A stretch of 43,353 nt of DNA from a virus (Duplodnaviria > Caudoviricetes): positions 1 through 43,353 of IMG/VR virus record IMGVR_UViG_3300042109_000041; one strand, given 5' to 3'. The stretch's first letter is position 1. Each line of letters begins with the position of its first letter. The notes beneath the pieces were generated by a model. That model ran no database searches, was not told the DNA's origin, and worked only from the letters and a program-made list of their open reading frames with translations. Shown here in pieces: positions 8,564 to 16,707 of the stretch. The position numbers and the translations under genes were made by a program.

Positions 8564-10331
8564 CTCCTGCCAGAGCTGCTGACCGGACTGCAATAATTCC
8601 AAGCTCTTCTGAGCGTTCAGCTGCGACTGAGAATTGGATTTCATCTTGGCAATGGACAAGAAAGGCAAAGTCTTTGTCGTAGGTAAACCCTGCTTCCACC
8701 AGTTGGTCGTAGCAGATGTTGTACCAGAGCTTGCTAATGATGGCACCAGCGCTCTGTAAAAGGAAGTTCAAAGCGCTATGAGAAGACCGGATTTGTATTT
8801 GTCTACCGTCTAAAGCCTTTATAAATCCTTCAGAATCTGCCTTCTCAACAACCCGCTTAGTCAGCTCAGCAAGCGCTGGCATATTGCGGAAATACTTTCT
8901 CTTTAGCTTTGCTCCGTCTTGCCCTGTAATGAGTCCTAGCTTCTCGGCTCCAGCGCCGTACATCAAGGCATAGAAGAACGTTTTGGCTTGGTCTCTGGTA
9001 GCCAGCCCAGCAGCCTTCTGATTGGCTGTGTGGATATCACCGTTCAATACCTCGTCGGCAAACTTACCGCCATCAAAGGGCCATAAGTAGTGGGCTAAAC
9101 ATCTTGCCTCGATACCGCTGAGGTCCACGCCAACCTGCTTGGTGCTTCTACCTTCCCCAAGGCAGCCAGGTCCAAACAGAGCTCGGCACTCCGGTCCCAG
9201 GACTGACCTGACAGCAGGAACCTGGGCCATGTTGGGGTTGACGTGGGCGCAGCGAGCGGTGGCACAACCAACAGTAATCACACTGCCGTGAATCCTGTTG
9301 TCGCTCTCCACCAGTTTCAACCAGGCGTTGTTGCCCGTGCTGAGTTGACCCAAACGTTTTTGGAGCGTGAGGTGTGAAACAAAATCCTCAGCCCCAGGGA
9401 TCTTTGCCAGAACTGTTTCATCTACTTTGGGTTTCCCCGTTTCGGTGAAGTCCTTTGGCTTCCACTCCAAAGAGTTCTGGAGCACCCAAGCAATGTGATC
9501 ACGAGAGTTCGGGTTGAGGTCTACGAGGCGGCACATCTCTGCACCGGCTACATACCCTCTGGAACTGTCGTTTCGCTTGGGAGTAAAGAGCCCTCCGTCA
9601 ACGAACGGGAACCGTTGTCTCAATCGTTCGTTGAGAGTATTCAGTTGTTGATTGATCTCAGCTTCTAGTTCCAACGCCCCTTGAACATTGAAACCAAAGC
9701 CAGACCGTTCCTGCAGGGCGATGAGACTTGCAAATCTCATCTCAAGGTCAACGGCACAAGGGATGCTGTCGGCCTTCGGTTGCAACCGAGACCAAAGCTT
9801 AACATTTAGTTCAACATCACAGACGCATCGATCAGCTAGCTCCTCTGTGAGCACACTGAAATCTGTTAGGTCTGCGTGTCGCTTGCTATGACCTAGGCGA
9901 AACCCATAAGCCTCAAGAGAATGCCGACCATAAAGCTGAATCGGCATACCTTCCCACTTCTTCTTCAGATCCGTGTCAAAGATATTGGGATACAACATCC
10001 GACACAGGATCAACGTATCAACGACCTTTCCCTTTGGTTTGAACTGTGGGTAAACCTGTTGGATGGCTGGAATGTCGTATTGAATGATGTTGTGACCAAC
10101 CAATACATCAGCATCCTCAAGGATTTGTAACCACTTCTTAGGGTTCTTATACAGCTGCGTCTGATTCCCCTTGTGGATGGCGCAGCAGTGAATCGTAGTT
10201 ACGTTCCTCGACTTCAGAGCATTCGTCTCCACGTCGAACGTTACCGTCGATAAAGACTTGGAGGTTTCGGCTGTAACAGAAGTCGAGGAAGTCTTCGAGC
10301 TTGTTGTAGGTGAGCTGGTGGTAAGAGTCAT
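8493..10331 (-). CDS. polA: Family A DNA polymerase with 3'-5' exonuclease (T7 gp5-like)
   Basis: FDVET, GHNIIQYD, motif A DLSGIE.R, motif B RDQAKTFFYALMYGAG, motif C HCQDE. Confidence 0.97.
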   Translation of the reverse strand: MTLTTSSPTTSSKTSSTSVTAETSKSLSTVTFDVETNALKSRNVTTIHCCAIHKGNQTQLYKNPKKWLQILEDADVLVGHNIIQYDIPAIQQVYPQFKPKGKVVDTLILCRMLYPNIFDTDLKKKWEGMPIQLYGRHSLEAYGFRLGHSKRHADLTDFSVLTEELADRCVCDVELNVKLWSRLQPKADSIPCAVDLEMRFASLIALQERSGFGFNVQGALELEAEINQQLNTLNERLRQRFPFVDGGLFTPKRNDSSRGYVAGAEMCRLVDLNPNSRDHIAWVLQNSLEWKPKDFTETGKPKVDETVLAKIPGAEDFVSHLTLQKRLGQLSTGNNAWLKLVESDNRIHGSVITVGCATARCAHVNPNMAQVPAVRSVLGPECRALFGPGCLGEGRSTKQVGVDLSGIEARCLAHYLWPFDGGKFADEVLNGDIHTANQKAAGLATRDQAKTFFYALMYGAGAEKLGLITGQDGAKLKRKYFRNMPALAELTKRVVEKADSEGFIKALDGRQIQIRSSHSALNFLLQSAGAIISKLWYNICYDQLVEAGFTYDKDFAFLVHCQDEIQFSVAAERSEELGIIAVRSAALAGDELGLRIEIGAEYKVGSNWAECH

Positions 10332-10479
10332 TGGACTTGAAGAAGGACTGAAGATACCTCTTCGCTTTCTCAGTAGCAGCTAGTGCTGTTACCTTCAGCG
10401 GATTCATCTCAGAGATGTGAACGTCAAAAGTCGGCTTCAAAAGAATCATCGAAACTTGCGGTTGATTTTGTTCCGCCAT
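10147..10479 (-). CDS. Hypothetical protein overlapping the helicase end and the polymerase start
   Basis: 110 aa ORF covering the helicase-pol gap; globular-looking sequence; start uncertain. Confidence 0.6.
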   Translation of the reverse strand: MAEQNQPQVSMILLKPTFDVHISEMNPLKVTALAATEKAKRYLQSFFKSNDSYHQLTYNKLEDFLDFCYSRNLQVFIDGNVRRGDECSEVEERNYDSLLRHPQGESDAAV

Positions 10480-12061
10480 TTTTAAGCTCCAACATTCTGC
10501 CTGTACTCTCGTTGTATTTCACGGAACCAGAAACGCCACACCAGCCGGTGAAACGATTCTTGAGTACGCGTACCACTGTGCCCTCGGAGTCGTTCTCTGA
10601 CTGCTGATTTCTCTCAAGACCAAGGCAGATATCACTAAGTTGCCCAATAGCAGCGCTACCGCGAAGCTGAGAGAGCGATGTTTGTGCGCCATTTTCATGG
10701 CCTTTGTCTCCAGTAGGACGGCGAAGGTGAGAAACAAGAAGCATTCCACAGCCAGTTTCTTCTACAAAACTCCGTAGTTTGGTCATCGTTTGGTCGATTG
10801 CCCGGCGCTCATCACCTTGATCAAGGCCCGAGACCAGAATCGATAAATGATCGAACACGATCCAACTACACCCGCAACCACTAACCAAATGGCGTATACG
10901 GTTAAGCAGAACGGTAGGGTCGAGAGAGCCAAAATGATCGTACAGAAATAGCCGAGACGTTCCGAGAGTCCTATTGAAGGCTCCTTCGATTTGTTCATCA
11001 GTGAAGTGACCTCGATCAATGTGGATAGGGTAATTAAGATCCATACCGACGAAACGCCGAGCAGTGCGTCGTATGTTCTCTTCCAAAGCGACATAACCAA
11101 CTGTTTCGTTCTGGCGAGTGAGAAGGTCATACGCAATTTCTGATACAAAGGTACTCTTCCCGATTCCAGATCCAGCCGTGATAGTTACTAGCTCGCCTTT
11201 TCTCAGGCCGTGCAGCTTGTCGTTAAGGAAGCTATAGGGGTACTCAGCACTCTCTGTCTTGGGGTCTTCAAGGACCATCTGAAGCAGTTTGCTGCCACTG
11301 ATGATTCCATCTGGTTCGTACTCAGCAGCTGTCCAAACCATCTGCATGATGGCTTTACTGTTACCAGCTACCAAAGCCTCGTTGGCGTCCTTATACCCCT
11401 CGATCTTGCCGATCTTACCCACGCGAGGTGGAAGTAACTGGATCGCTTTCTTGACGGCTTTCTGACCGTGATCATCCCCATCGAAACACAGGATGATCTC
11501 TTCAAACTTCAGAAGCCAATCGAGATTACTCCGAATACATTTCTCTGCGGAGTCAGCGCCATTCGGTAGCGATACACACGGCCAGCTTTTCCTGACTGTT
11601 GCGTAGCTGAGGCAATCGTATTCACCTTCAAAGATAACCAGTAGCTTGCCACCACTTCCCCATTTCTCCTGACCGAGAAACGTATTATCAGGATTGGATC
11701 CGTGTTGGACAAACTGTTTGTTTGGTTTACGAATCTTGTAACCAGTGAGACGACGTTCTTTGTCGTAGATAGGCCAGTGGTAAGCCTCACTGTCGCCGTA
11801 GGTACCCTTGAAATACCCAAAGAGTTTGCAGACTTCTTCCGGAATACCACGACTTGGGATTGCTTGGTAGCTACCAAGGATTGGTTCAATCTCTCGGCTA
11901 GATACATCATTGGAAACAAGGTTAGACATTGGAAAGGAGTTAGGTGAGACGTGGTACGAACAACCAGGGGTAAAGCAGTGCTGACCACCGTCGTCGTACA
12001 AAGCAACGTTGTCTCGTGAACCACACCTTGGGCAGTTCAACCGGCTGACAACGCGAGACAT
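10424..12061 (-). CDS. DNA primase/helicase (T7 gp4-like)
   Basis: Zinc finger CPRCGS..HCF..GC, TOPRIM EGEYD/FDGD, Walker A AGSGIGKST, DHL, LRGS..I.QLSD, KNRFTG. ATG 12061 with GGAGG upstream. Confidence 0.97.
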   Translation of the reverse strand: MSRVVSRLNCPRCGSRDNVALYDDGGQHCFTPGCSYHVSPNSFPMSNLVSNDVSSREIEPILGSYQAIPSRGIPEEVCKLFGYFKGTYGDSEAYHWPIYDKERRLTGYKIRKPNKQFVQHGSNPDNTFLGQEKWGSGGKLLVIFEGEYDCLSYATVRKSWPCVSLPNGADSAEKCIRSNLDWLLKFEEIILCFDGDDHGQKAVKKAIQLLPPRVGKIGKIEGYKDANEALVAGNSKAIMQMVWTAAEYEPDGIISGSKLLQMVLEDPKTESAEYPYSFLNDKLHGLRKGELVTITAGSGIGKSTFVSEIAYDLLTRQNETVGYVALEENIRRTARRFVGMDLNYPIHIDRGHFTDEQIEGAFNRTLGTSRLFLYDHFGSLDPTVLLNRIRHLVSGCGCSWIVFDHLSILVSGLDQGDERRAIDQTMTKLRSFVEETGCGMLLVSHLRRPTGDKGHENGAQTSLSQLRGSAAIGQLSDICLGLERNQQSENDSEGTVVRVLKNRFTGWCGVSGSVKYNESTGRMLELKNGGTKSTASFDDSFEADF

Positions 12062-12100
12062 AAAAAGAACCTCCAAAGGGTTTGATCCCCCTGGAGGTCC
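12062..12100 (-). terminator. Terminator-like hairpin that includes the primase Shine-Dalgarno
   Basis: GACCTCCAGGGG-GATCAAA-CCCTTTGGAGGTT-CTTTTT-ATG. Confidence 0.6.
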
Positions 12101-12137
12101 GGTGTCCTTTCAACCTTGTCCGACAGAACTATAGCAG

Positions 12138-12521
12138 CTAGCTAAGCCAGTCGGTAGGTACTCGGGGACCCTCACACCAGGGGACACTATACCGCTCACA
12201 CCAACCCGCATAGGTCATCTTGCCGGTTTTAGTGAGCTTCTGATGCGGCTTCTGTAGGACCATCCTCAGGTCCACATCAGGGTGCTGCTCTCGAAACAGT
12301 TTGATCAGCCTGCGATCCTCAGCATCGAAGTAGCCCTTTACCTCCAGCACAGTGCCGTTATCGAGGAAGAAGTCAGGCGTGTAGCTACGAGGGATTACAA
12401 GATTGAAGCTCTTGCTCTCATAGCTCCACCCACACTGGAGGCTTTTGGCTACTTGAGATTCAAAGCCCGAACGAAACCCATCAGCTTGGCGTTTGCCGTA
12501 CTTGTGGAATCGTCGGGCCAT
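12138..12521 (-). CDS. Holliday-junction resolvase, endonuclease I (T7 gp3-like)
   Basis: FRSGFE, YTPDF, EVKG.F...DR, QHP..D.R.V, TY..WC. Confidence 0.95.
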   Translation of the reverse strand: MARRFHKYGKRQADGFRSGFESQVAKSLQCGWSYESKSFNLVIPRSYTPDFFLDNGTVLEVKGYFDAEDRRLIKLFREQHPDVDLRMVLQKPHQKLTKTGKMTYAGWCERYSVPWCEGPRVPTDWLS

Positions 12522-12526
12522 CTGAA

Positions 12527-13117
12527 TCAGAAATCAGGATCTTCGCCAGCAACGGTAGCAGCTTTAGCCGCTTCTTTCAGATTCGGCTTGGATTGTTTGA
12601 ATCCAGATTGCTTACTGAAAGCTTTGGTGATATCGAAATCACCACGGTCAGAGCCACCACTGGTTACCGCAGTAAGGATCTGCATACCCTTCGGACAGAG
12701 CCTCAAACCACCCTTAGAGCTCTTACGAGGGATGAACATCGGCTGAACAGCTACAAGCGCTTCAGAGCCGATCCGAAGGCGAAGATCACGAGCAATAGGC
12801 TGCAGCTCAGTGTCCACCACAGGGATCGGAAACTCTTCGTAAGCCAGCTTGGCTGTCAGCTTGACGATCAAAGAGCCGTCCTGTTGGGCCTCAAACGGAG
12901 GATCGAAAAAGACCTTACGCCCCGTGGCATCTCTCCACCAGGCACAGGCCTTGTCGTATTCCTCACTCAGGACTTCAAGCAGTTCCTCAGCGGCTGGACC
13001 ATGGGAACCACCATCAGTTACCAAAACTGTTAAACGGAAGTCACAAGGCTCACCGTTGTAGAGCGGAGTCTCGTAGAAATCAGGAATCCACTTGACCAGG
13101 CTTCCTTGGATTTGCAT
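12527..13117 (-). CDS. Single-stranded DNA-binding protein (T7 gp2.5-like)
   Basis: Upstream of endo I; P.VD....I....R...GS, L.L....QI; acidic tail ending DF. Start placed at ATG 13117. Confidence 0.75.
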   Translation of the reverse strand: MQIQGSLVKWIPDFYETPLYNGEPCDFRLTVLVTDGGSHGPAAEELLEVLSEEYDKACAWWRDATGRKVFFDPPFEAQQDGSLIVKLTAKLAYEEFPIPVVDTELQPIARDLRLRIGSEALVAVQPMFIPRKSSKGGLRLCPKGMQILTAVTSGGSDRGDFDITKAFSKQSGFKQSKPNLKEAAKAATVAGEDPDF

Positions 13118-13220
13118 CTCGATGACGAGAAAGGACCCACAGAAAGTACCTGCGGTGCTTACGCCTTGGTAGACCATCTAGGACAGCTGTTGAAGTGGCC
13201 TCTTTAACTGGCCGCTGGAG

Positions 13221-13345
13221 AGAACCCTCTTTAAGTTTTAAGAGCTCTTTTAAAGAGGTCTTTTAAAGAGGTCTTCTGTTGTCTCCCTTTTAAGACCCCT
13301 TTAAGACCTCTTTTAAAGAGGTTCTTCTGCTGTTACTTAAAGGCC
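13221..13345. repeat. Array of CTCTTT(T)AA(A)GAG-type direct/inverted repeats in a divergent intergenic region
   Basis: CTTTTAAAGAGG at ~13247, 13260 and 13310; near-palindrome CCTCTTTTAAAGAGG; further TTTAAG units. Confidence 0.8.
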
Positions 13346-13352
13346 TACTCAA

Positions 13353-13487
13353 ATGACTCCCAAAACTCCAATGAGTGATAGTCAATTAGATGACTTTATC
13401 GACTCATTCTGGGATGAAGTAGATAAAGAGCTTGAAGAAGCTACTCAAGATGATCAAGAAGATCCTTCTGTGTGGGAGCAAAAGTGA
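13353..13487 (+). CDS. Small acidic protein (44 aa)
   Basis: Manual: MTPKTPMSDSQLDDFIDSFWDEVDKELEEATQDDQEDPSVWEQK; TGATG-coupled to the next gene. Confidence 0.7.
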   Translation: MTPKTPMSDSQLDDFIDSFWDEVDKELEEATQDDQEDPSVWEQK

Positions 13488-13663
13488 TGAGTAAGAAGCA
13501 CGAAAAGACAATTACTCTCGATACTGAAAAGCTTCTTGAAGAGTATGAGTTCGCTCGTAACGAGTACAAGAAATCTATTGGTGATCAACAACGTGATTAT
13601 TGGGATGGGTATCTGAGTGCTTTTGAACGGTTTCTAGATGAGGCAGATATTGATTACCTGTGA
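13487..13663 (+). CDS. Hypothetical protein
   Basis: MSKKHEK...RDYWDGYLSA; coupled to both neighbours. Confidence 0.75.
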   Translation: MSKKHEKTITLDTEKLLEEYEFARNEYKKSIGDQQRDYWDGYLSAFERFLDEADIDYL

Positions 13664-13755
13664 CTGGTAAAGAACGATTGTTCTTGGAGATCTTTTACGT
13701 CACAACAAATGTGTTCATCATTGCTGGAGTAATTCGACATTGGAATCACAACTAA
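13660..13755 (+). CDS. Small membrane peptide (31 aa)
   Basis: Manual, GTG start overlapping the previous TGA: MTGKERLFLEIFYVTTNVFIIAGVIRHWNHN. I recall the N.FI.AGVIRHW motif from cyanophage small proteins. Confidence 0.65.
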   Translation: MTGKERLFLEIFYVTTNVFIIAGVIRHWNHN

Positions 13756-13769
13756 CAACAACAACAACA

Positions 13770-13970
13770 ATGAACATCACTTTTGAACAACTGGTGGCAC
13801 TGCGTAGTGCTGTTGATCTTCTGACTGGTGCTTACACTCCTGAATACGCTGAAGAGGTTCTTGGTGCCTACAAATTTGGTGAAGCTCGTGGTGATCTAGG
13901 TCAAAGTCTCTACAAAGTTTTGGATCGTATTCAACACCAAATGTTTGAGCAAAACAATGAATCGATGTAA
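13770..13970 (+). CDS. Hypothetical protein
   Basis: MNITFEQL...; ATG follows an (AAC)n leader. Confidence 0.7.
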   Translation: MNITFEQLVALRSAVDLLTGAYTPEYAEEVLGAYKFGEARGDLGQSLYKVLDRIQHQMFEQNNESM

Positions 13971-14121
13971 GTGTTACGACGTAACAACTGACATCGCTGT
14001 TTACCGGCTCTACGCACCAAACATCGCTGAGGCAATTCAAATCACACAGGAATTACATCCTGGTTGTGGTGTAATCCTCAGCGTTACCCAAACACCTGAA
14101 TGGAGTAACAACGAACAATGA
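13957..14121 (+). CDS. Hypothetical protein (54 aa)
   Basis: Manual: MNRCKCYDVTTDIAVYRLYAPNIAEAIQITQELHPG...; ATGA-coupled to the next gene. Confidence 0.65.
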   Translation: MNRCKCYDVTTDIAVYRLYAPNIAEAIQITQELHPGCGVILSVTQTPEWSNNEQ

Positions 14122-14480
14122 CTCAAGAACACCCGATCACCCCACCGCCTGAGCTGTTCAATCAATGGGAGGACGACATCCTTAACGAACGAGACAATGT
14201 TGATCATGTGCTGGACTGCGCTTGGAGGAATGGCTTCCAAGCAGGCGCTGATCAGCAGCTTGAAAAAGATGCAAAGTGGCTAGATCACAATGCTTTGAGT
14301 GAATCGCATCTAAAGGTTATTCCTGTCGGCGACTCGCTAAAAGAAGCTATGCGCCCCAAGCCGCCGAGCCTCAAGCAGCAGGCGCTAAAGGCACTGCAAC
14401 GGGCAGAGGAAGGTTGGAGGCCGATTCCCGATGACTGCGACACCATCCGCCGCGCACTGGAATCCCTGCCCGATCAATGA
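14118..14480 (+). CDS. Hypothetical protein, cyanophage-type family
   Basis: HPITPPPEL..QW, GADQ.LE, RPKPPSLK.QAL, DTIRRALE motifs. Confidence 0.8.
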   Translation: MTQEHPITPPPELFNQWEDDILNERDNVDHVLDCAWRNGFQAGADQQLEKDAKWLDHNALSESHLKVIPVGDSLKEAMRPKPPSLKQQALKALQRAEEGWRPIPDDCDTIRRALESLPDQ

Positions 14481-14662
14481 AACCACCAATCGAACAGTGC
14501 CTCGTGGCGTATTGGGACAACGAACGCTTTGGTAATTCTCTAATCGACGCTCCAGAGCGTATGCAAGCGGTGTTTGACGTGCTGGTTGAGTGGTGTGACC
14601 AGCTGTGCTATTCAGACACCGCAGAGAGGCTTAGAGACGCCACTGCTAAGGTTGATGGTTAA
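14477..14662 (+). CDS. Hypothetical protein
   Basis: 61 aa, ATGA-coupled; stop overlaps the convergent gene's stop (TTAA). Confidence 0.7.
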   Translation: MKPPIEQCLVAYWDNERFGNSLIDAPERMQAVFDVLVEWCDQLCYSDTAERLRDATAKVDG

Positions 14663-15072
14663 CCTTCAGACCAAGGGTAGCCACTGTTTGATTCATCATC
14701 GTCGTATAACGACTCCAACTCACCTTCTTCATTCACGAACATACAGTGGCTTTCTTTGATCTTTTGGTAATCATTCTCCAACAGATCAGCAAATGCACCG
14801 ACTAACGATTGGCACAGCCCTGCTTCTACTACTGACCTATGAAGGACGGCTTGTGCCTCAGCAACAGCAACAACTTTCTCTGCATCGTCCATCCATACCA
14901 ACTCTCGCTCCTCATCCTCATCAGCTTCCAGGAACTCCAATGCCTGATTGGCTCGATTTTGTAACACCTTCATTCGTGCCATCAGAAGCGGAACATACTG
15001 AGCTGCCACTTGCTTGAGTGGACCGTAGAACTGCTCTCTGGCATTAGCGGGAACTAACATTGTCACCGGCAC
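14659..15072 (-). CDS. Helical, acidic-tailed hypothetical protein
   Basis: 137 aa ORF downstream of the LexA/Fur-like box region. Confidence 0.75.
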   Translation of the reverse strand: MPVTMLVPANAREQFYGPLKQVAAQYVPLLMARMKVLQNRANQALEFLEADEDEERELVWMDDAEKVVAVAEAQAVLHRSVVEAGLCQSLVGAFADLLENDYQKIKESHCMFVNEEGELESLYDDDESNSGYPWSEG

Positions 15073-15156
15073 GGCTTAAAAGGCTCTAAAGGCAATTTAA
15101 AACAAACTTAGCTGGCTGCCCCGTGGCCTACCCCGTGGCGTGATAGTAGTAAGACC

Positions 15157-15171
15157 CGAACATTTGTACTA
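15157..15171. promoter_or_regulatory. Candidate cyanobacterial LexA (SOS) box
   Basis: Minus strand TAGTACAAATGTTCG fits RGTAC-NNND-GTWCB exactly; intergenic. Confidence 0.55.
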
Positions 15172-15190
15172 CTTCTTCTGGTCTTACTGC

Positions 15191-15211
15191 TATTGCGACT
15201 CATTCTCAATA
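15191..15211. promoter_or_regulatory. Imperfect palindrome, Fur-family-box-like
   Basis: TATTGCGACTCATTCTCAATA is two changes from the perfect palindrome TATTGAGAATnATTCTCAATA. Confidence 0.4.
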
Positions 15212-15253
15212 AACAAGAGCAACCATATCACACTACTGTTATGTCATACCTAT

Positions 15254-15280
15254 AAAGAAAGGCCCCTAAATAGAGGCCTC
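15254..15280 (-). terminator. Rho-independent terminator after the early genes
   Basis: GAGGCCTCTA-TT-TAGGGGCCTT followed by TCTTT. Confidence 0.7.
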
Positions 15281-15378
15281 TCGATATAGCTAGTTGGCTC
15301 GCAATAGACCTAGGAACATAACGACAGGAGGCAGGAGAAAGAGTAGGCAATAGGACAGGAACTTAGGCAGTTGATACA

Positions 15379-15963
15379 TCAGTCTTCCCGATCCCGCACG
15401 ACAGAGTAAAGAAGGTTCCCGAGGTACGTCATACCAGCGTTAACAAGGGCAGTAGCAAAATCATCAGGATCTTCTATTGTTTGACCCTCCACAAGCTGCA
15501 GTCTTGAGGTATAACCGTAAGCCTCGCAAGCTTGATCACACCAGTGAAGTAAACAATCAGAGTTGTATTCATAAAAGTTAAGAAGGTCTCTTGTATAACA
15601 CATATCAACGTTCACGAAATCTGAAGTTTCGTAGTTGCAAAGGTCTTCCGGATTGTCGTTATAACGATCTATAAACCACTCGACACAAGAATCATTTACC
15701 CAGTCAAAGTAATCATCGACAATATATTTCAAGGTGTCGTACTCACACTGGACAGACTCACGATCACAAAGGTTTCTGTAAATCTCCTTTGCGTTATAGC
15801 TGAGAGAAGGCCAGCCAGTGAACAGAGCACCAGGATCAAAGCGCATCGCTGAAATCTTAGAAAGCTTTGCGTATCCTTCGCTACCCATACCTGAATGGTA
15901 CTCTGACCAGAACAAATGGTGAGCAGAGACGATATCGAAGCGGTCAAAAGTTGCAGTTGTCAT
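15379..15963 (-). CDS. Two-domain early protein; acidic C-terminal domain possibly Ocr-like
   Basis: 194 aa; N-terminal FDRFDI..AH.LF.SEYHSG; C-terminal D/E-rich with DMCYTRDLLNFY. Confidence 0.6.
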   Translation of the reverse strand: MTTATFDRFDIVSAHHLFWSEYHSGMGSEGYAKLSKISAMRFDPGALFTGWPSLSYNAKEIYRNLCDRESVQCEYDTLKYIVDDYFDWVNDSCVEWFIDRYNDNPEDLCNYETSDFVNVDMCYTRDLLNFYEYNSDCLLHWCDQACEAYGYTSRLQLVEGQTIEDPDDFATALVNAGMTYLGNLLYSVVRDRED

Positions 15964-15996
15964 TTGTTGGATTAAAGAAAGAAAGGAAAGAGTTAA

Positions 15997-16212
15997 TCAG
16001 TAGTCCATTTGAGCGTCTTTAATAGCCTCCTCCTCAGTCTCAAAGGGGCCATTTACGCAATCAGTGTCAGGCATACATCCTGGGAAGCACGGCCACCAGT
16101 AGTAACCTTCCCCAACTGATTTACCTGTCAGTGTCAAACTTTTAATGTCATAGAAAACCTCAAACGATCCGTGTTCGTTACCTTCATGATCGATAAATTG
16201 GTGGTAGCTCAT
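15997..16212 (-). CDS. Early hypothetical protein
   Basis: GSFEVF...GYYWWPCFPGCMPD....GPFETEEEAI motif. Confidence 0.8.
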   Translation of the reverse strand: MSYHQFIDHEGNEHGSFEVFYDIKSLTLTGKSVGEGYYWWPCFPGCMPDTDCVNGPFETEEEAIKDAQMDY

Positions 16213-16322
16213 TTGATGTAGGTTTGAGTGCCAGTGTGAGTGACTGTTTCTGTAGCTAGTTGATCAACTGCAAACAACGTCAGCAGCGATACAAACAAAC
16301 AAGAAGCAAGAAAAGTTTTCAT
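16209..16322 (-). CDS. Small hydrophobic peptide (37 aa)
   Basis: Manual: MKTFLASCLFVSLLTLFAVDQLATETVTHTGTQTYIK; ATGA-coupled on both sides. Confidence 0.7.
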   Translation of the reverse strand: MKTFLASCLFVSLLTLFAVDQLATETVTHTGTQTYIK

Positions 16323-16507
16323 GGTTGCTGCGAATGTAAAACTTCCTGAACAATCAAATCTTGTTCCATACGGTCAAGCTGCACCCATTGTTGCCAAGTG
16401 GTGAGATCTTCAGAAGTACAAAACTCAGCTACAGCAAAAGCACTATCGTCACAAATGTTGAACTGAGAACCTATGTAGTAAGCAAGAGCTTCAAAATCTG
16501 ATCTCAT
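16319..16507 (-). CDS. Early hypothetical protein
   Basis: 62 aa, tightly packed in the operon. Confidence 0.7.
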   Translation of the reverse strand: MRSDFEALAYYIGSQFNICDDSAFAVAEFCTSEDLTTWQQWVQLDRMEQDLIVQEVLHSQQP

Positions 16508-16509
16508 AA

Positions 16510-16707
16510 TCAGTACAGCAGCGAAGGAACAATCTCGTTACCGTCTTTATCAATACAGCGGTATCCAAGGGCTGCAAAGGTACCAAGGTCAGCAGGAAGC
16601 AACGTTTTAGCTCTGGTGAGTCTGACTAGCAGGATGGCAGTCTGATCGACTGGGTAGGCTCTCACCCTGCCGTAGCTGCTCTCAAGCTTGAAGCGTAGGT
16701 CTGTCAT
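16510..16707 (-). CDS. Early hypothetical protein (first gene of the early operon)
   Basis: MTDLRFKLESSYGRVRAYPVD..A..L..L...KTL; start placed at ATG 16707. Confidence 0.7.
   Translation of the reverse strand: MTDLRFKLESSYGRVRAYPVDQTAILLVRLTRAKTLLPADLGTFAALGYRCIDKDGNEIVPSLLY

Noticed and set aside
5197-12061. Inteins or introns in RNR, polymerase or helicase
   Set aside because: The ORFs are uninterrupted and of compact size; the nucleases are free-standing between genes.
13221-13345. CRISPR-like mini array
   Set aside because: Units are short, degenerate and abutting, with no unique spacers and no cas genes.
15222-15250. dif/Xer-like site (TTATGTCA)
   Set aside because: Only a partial XerD-arm match and no convincing XerC arm.
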